Shown here one piece after another: positions 61,669 through 64,000 of a DNA stretch of 64,000 nt; the first letter of the stretch is position 1; the number at the start of each line of letters is the position of its first letter. The stretch comes from Paramoeba atlantica (Eukaryota; Protista; Discosea): assembly GCA_977017575.1 (NCBI GenBank), contig CDRNVI010000069.1:1-64000 (forward strand). The letters run 5' to 3'. The position numbers were made by a program, and so were the translations under genes. A model generated the notes under the pieces. The model saw nothing but the letters and a program-made list of their open reading frames with translations. It was not told where the DNA came from and did no database searches.

Positions 61669-63288
61669 TTACTTCCCCTCCCTCCCCCTCACCAACCACT
61701 GTGTCAACTTCCCCACCCCCCCCACCCTCTCCCCCTCCTCCTCCCTCTCCCTCAACCCCGCATGCAACCTCCGCAACCCCTCCCCCCCATCCTCCCCCCC
61801 CAACACCTCCTCCACCCCCCGATTCCCCATCCCCCCCACCCCCCCTTTCTCCCCCCCCCCTCTGTGGTCCGTCACCCTCCCCTGCGCCACGTTATACGTG
61901 CGTATCTTCTCCGCCCGCTCCCCACCCACCCACTGCTCCCCCAGCAGCGCCGCCACCCCCCCCTCCCGCGCCCCCACCGCCCGCCCCCACAGCCGCTCCC
62001 GCAGCTGCTCCAGCGCCAGCCGCCGGTTCTCCCCCCCGCTCCGCGACGCGTGGCACCGGATCGTGATCCCCGTGGGCCGGTGCCGCAGCCGCACGCAGTT
62101 GTGCGCGACGTTCACCCCCTGCCCCCCCGGCCCCCCTCCGTGGGACATGGCCATCTCAATGTCCCTATCCGGGATGGAGATTTGGATCGGGGAGGGCTGG
62201 GGGAGCAGCGTGACGGCCGCGGTGGAGGTCTGGAGCTTGGGGGAAGTGGAGGGGGAGGGGGAGGGGATGCGCTGGATGCGGTGGACACCGATCTCGTAGC
62301 GGAGGGAGGACCCGGCGACGGGGGAGGCGATGCGGAGACGGTAGGGGGGGCGGGTGTGACGGGAGGCTGCGGTAGTGGCCGGTGAAGAAGAGGAAGAGGA
62401 GGAGGAAGAACCACTTGAGGATGAAGGTAGAGGGTTGGAAGGTTCAGGGGTTGGGGTGGTGTCGAGGATGGGCCAGTGTTGGGCGGTGCAGTAGGTTTTG
62501 TACATTTCAAAGAGTTCAGCGGCGAAACGCCAGCTTTCCTCCCCCCCGGCCATGCCTTTGACCTCGAGGTTCCAGATCTCGGTGGAGTGGAGGGTTTGTT
62601 GGAGAAGGGAGGGGGGGAGGGTTTTGTGGCCTACGGTGAAGGGGCGTGAGGTAAGGTAGTGGGAGATGGAGGGGGTTTCGAGAGAGCGGTGGACGGCGGT
62701 GACGAAGGTGTGTTCGAGGTCGGAGAGCTCGGGGAGGAGGCGGGTTTGGATTTCCTCCTCAATGAGGGTTGCCATAGAGGTACTTGAGGTGTCGGTAGAG
62801 GAGGCGGCTTCTTGGGCATCGGGGGTAGTATTCGTCGAGGCTTCGAGATCACGTTTTTCTTTTATGGCTTCCGCATGTAGAGAAAGAATCTCGCTGCATT
62901 TGTTTAGCATGTCCGCGGCCCCCGGCAGGAGTATGTCTTTTAGTCTCTCTTTGGCTTCGTATGGCCATGGCTCAAACGTGTCACTTTTCGTGGAAGTTTT
63001 TGAGGGATTGACGTGTGATTGGGACTTTGTAGGAAACTCGAATCGAAGTCGATGACCGTCCTCTGCATTTTGTCCCAGCGACGGAGTTCCCAAGAACATG
63101 TAGGTCGCCTGTGCACATGACCAATAAACTTCGTGTATGGTAGGAGATATAACGGAAGGAAAACATGGAAGAGGAATCCCTGTGTTGTTCCGTAGATGGG
63201 TCCAGTCGTGCTTTGTATTTTGCAAGTGAGAGGGAAGGGCATATCGTGCGAGGGAACGAAAGAGCATCACGTGAGGTGTACGTCTCAA
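61669..63288 (-). CDS. Mitochondrial class-1 peptide release factor (RF1-like)
   Basis: GGPGGQGVN (GGQ), VRLRHRPTGI, EIGVHRIQRIP..QTSTAAV, EKIRTYN..GRVTDHR; presequence-like N-terminus. Confidence 0.9.
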   Translation of the reverse strand: MRRTPHVMLFRSLARYALPSHLQNTKHDWTHLRNNTGIPLPCFPSVISPTIHEVYWSCAQATYMFLGTPSLGQNAEDGHRLRFEFPTKSQSHVNPSKTSTKSDTFEPWPYEAKERLKDILLPGAADMLNKCSEILSLHAEAIKEKRDLEASTNTTPDAQEAASSTDTSSTSMATLIEEEIQTRLLPELSDLEHTFVTAVHRSLETPSISHYLTSRPFTVGHKTLPPSLLQQTLHSTEIWNLEVKGMAGGEESWRFAAELFEMYKTYCTAQHWPILDTTPTPEPSNPLPSSSSGSSSSSSSSSPATTAASRHTRPPYRLRIASPVAGSSLRYEIGVHRIQRIPSPSPSTSPKLQTSTAAVTLLPQPSPIQISIPDRDIEMAMSHGGGPGGQGVNVAHNCVRLRHRPTGITIRCHASRSGGENRRLALEQLRERLWGRAVGAREGGVAALLGEQWVGGERAEKIRTYNVAQGRVTDHRGGGEKGGVGGMGNRGVEEVLGGEDGGEGLRRLHAGLREREEEGERVGGVGKLTQWLVRGREGK

Positions 63289-64000
63289 GAAGCTGGAAGG
63301 AGTAGGATCATAAAGCTATACATACGGTTGATGAGCCGTGCGTGTGCGACAATGTCGTGGAAGGGGATCATGTTGCGTTCGTGCAGGTAGCAACAGGCAT
63401 AGAAGCAACCTTTGATTTAGAAAGAAAGCAGGTCTTATATACCCTTATATACCCTGTATACAATGTACACGTAGTGATCTCAAGTGACAAATAGATGGCG
63501 ATTTTTGTTTTTTGTCTTCATGCCAATTAATTCAAAAACAAGATATCCGGGTGAGATTAGTGAAGCTACAACTGCAGTCCACATTGTAACCATCTCTGTA
63601 AAAAGCTGTTTATCTAAAGTACACAAAAGAACCTTTTCTACTCGATATACACATCAATTACTCAGATTTTTGAACCTGCAATTCAACCTCTTCCTAATTT
63701 TGAAGCTCTCGATAAAGCAACCAACAAAATAGCTGTACATTTCTATGCTGCACAACGTGAGTAACTTCACAGCACAATAAGACCTAAGAACACAAAAAAA
63801 GGAATTTAAAAATCTACAACTCTTACTAAAATATTGAAATATATCACTAATCTACTAGTGCAAGGCTGATACCTAAAAATATCACCCCACATTACTTCTT
63901 TCTTCCGGTAGGCTTTTGTTTTTGAGTATTCGTCTTTGGCTTACGAACGCCTCTCCCTTTTGCGTTCGATGTGGATGACTTTTTGACAGGGCTGCTCTTG

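Overview
Intronless eukaryotic DNA. Every recognisable host gene over the 64 kb lies on the minus strand, as in a kinetoplastid polycistronic cluster; an early-branching, Perkinsela-like kinetoplastid is my inference. Host genes: PRP31, RPB1 without a heptad CTD, a KAP-like HMG-box protein, a KREPA-like zinc-finger/OB-fold protein, an NSUN m5C methyltransferase, SURF1, a probable mitoribosomal protein, a PCIF1-like methyltransferase and a mitochondrial release factor. Between them sit about ten members of an LRR family with a plant-type cap and many mobile elements: an intact Merlin (8-bp TSD) nested in a decayed Merlin, an intact DD35E Tc1/IS630 transposase, several TA-flanked MITEs, and a ~900-bp hairpin-ended repeat (family A) in tandem and inverted arrays. 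The most striking feature is a structured ~570-bp repeat (family B). Two of its three copies begin with 29 nt matching the 3' part of the kinetoplastid spliced-leader exon, all end in an A-rich tail, and it has split two different LRR genes at the same repeat register. No similarity searches were run; product calls rest on motifs I recognise.
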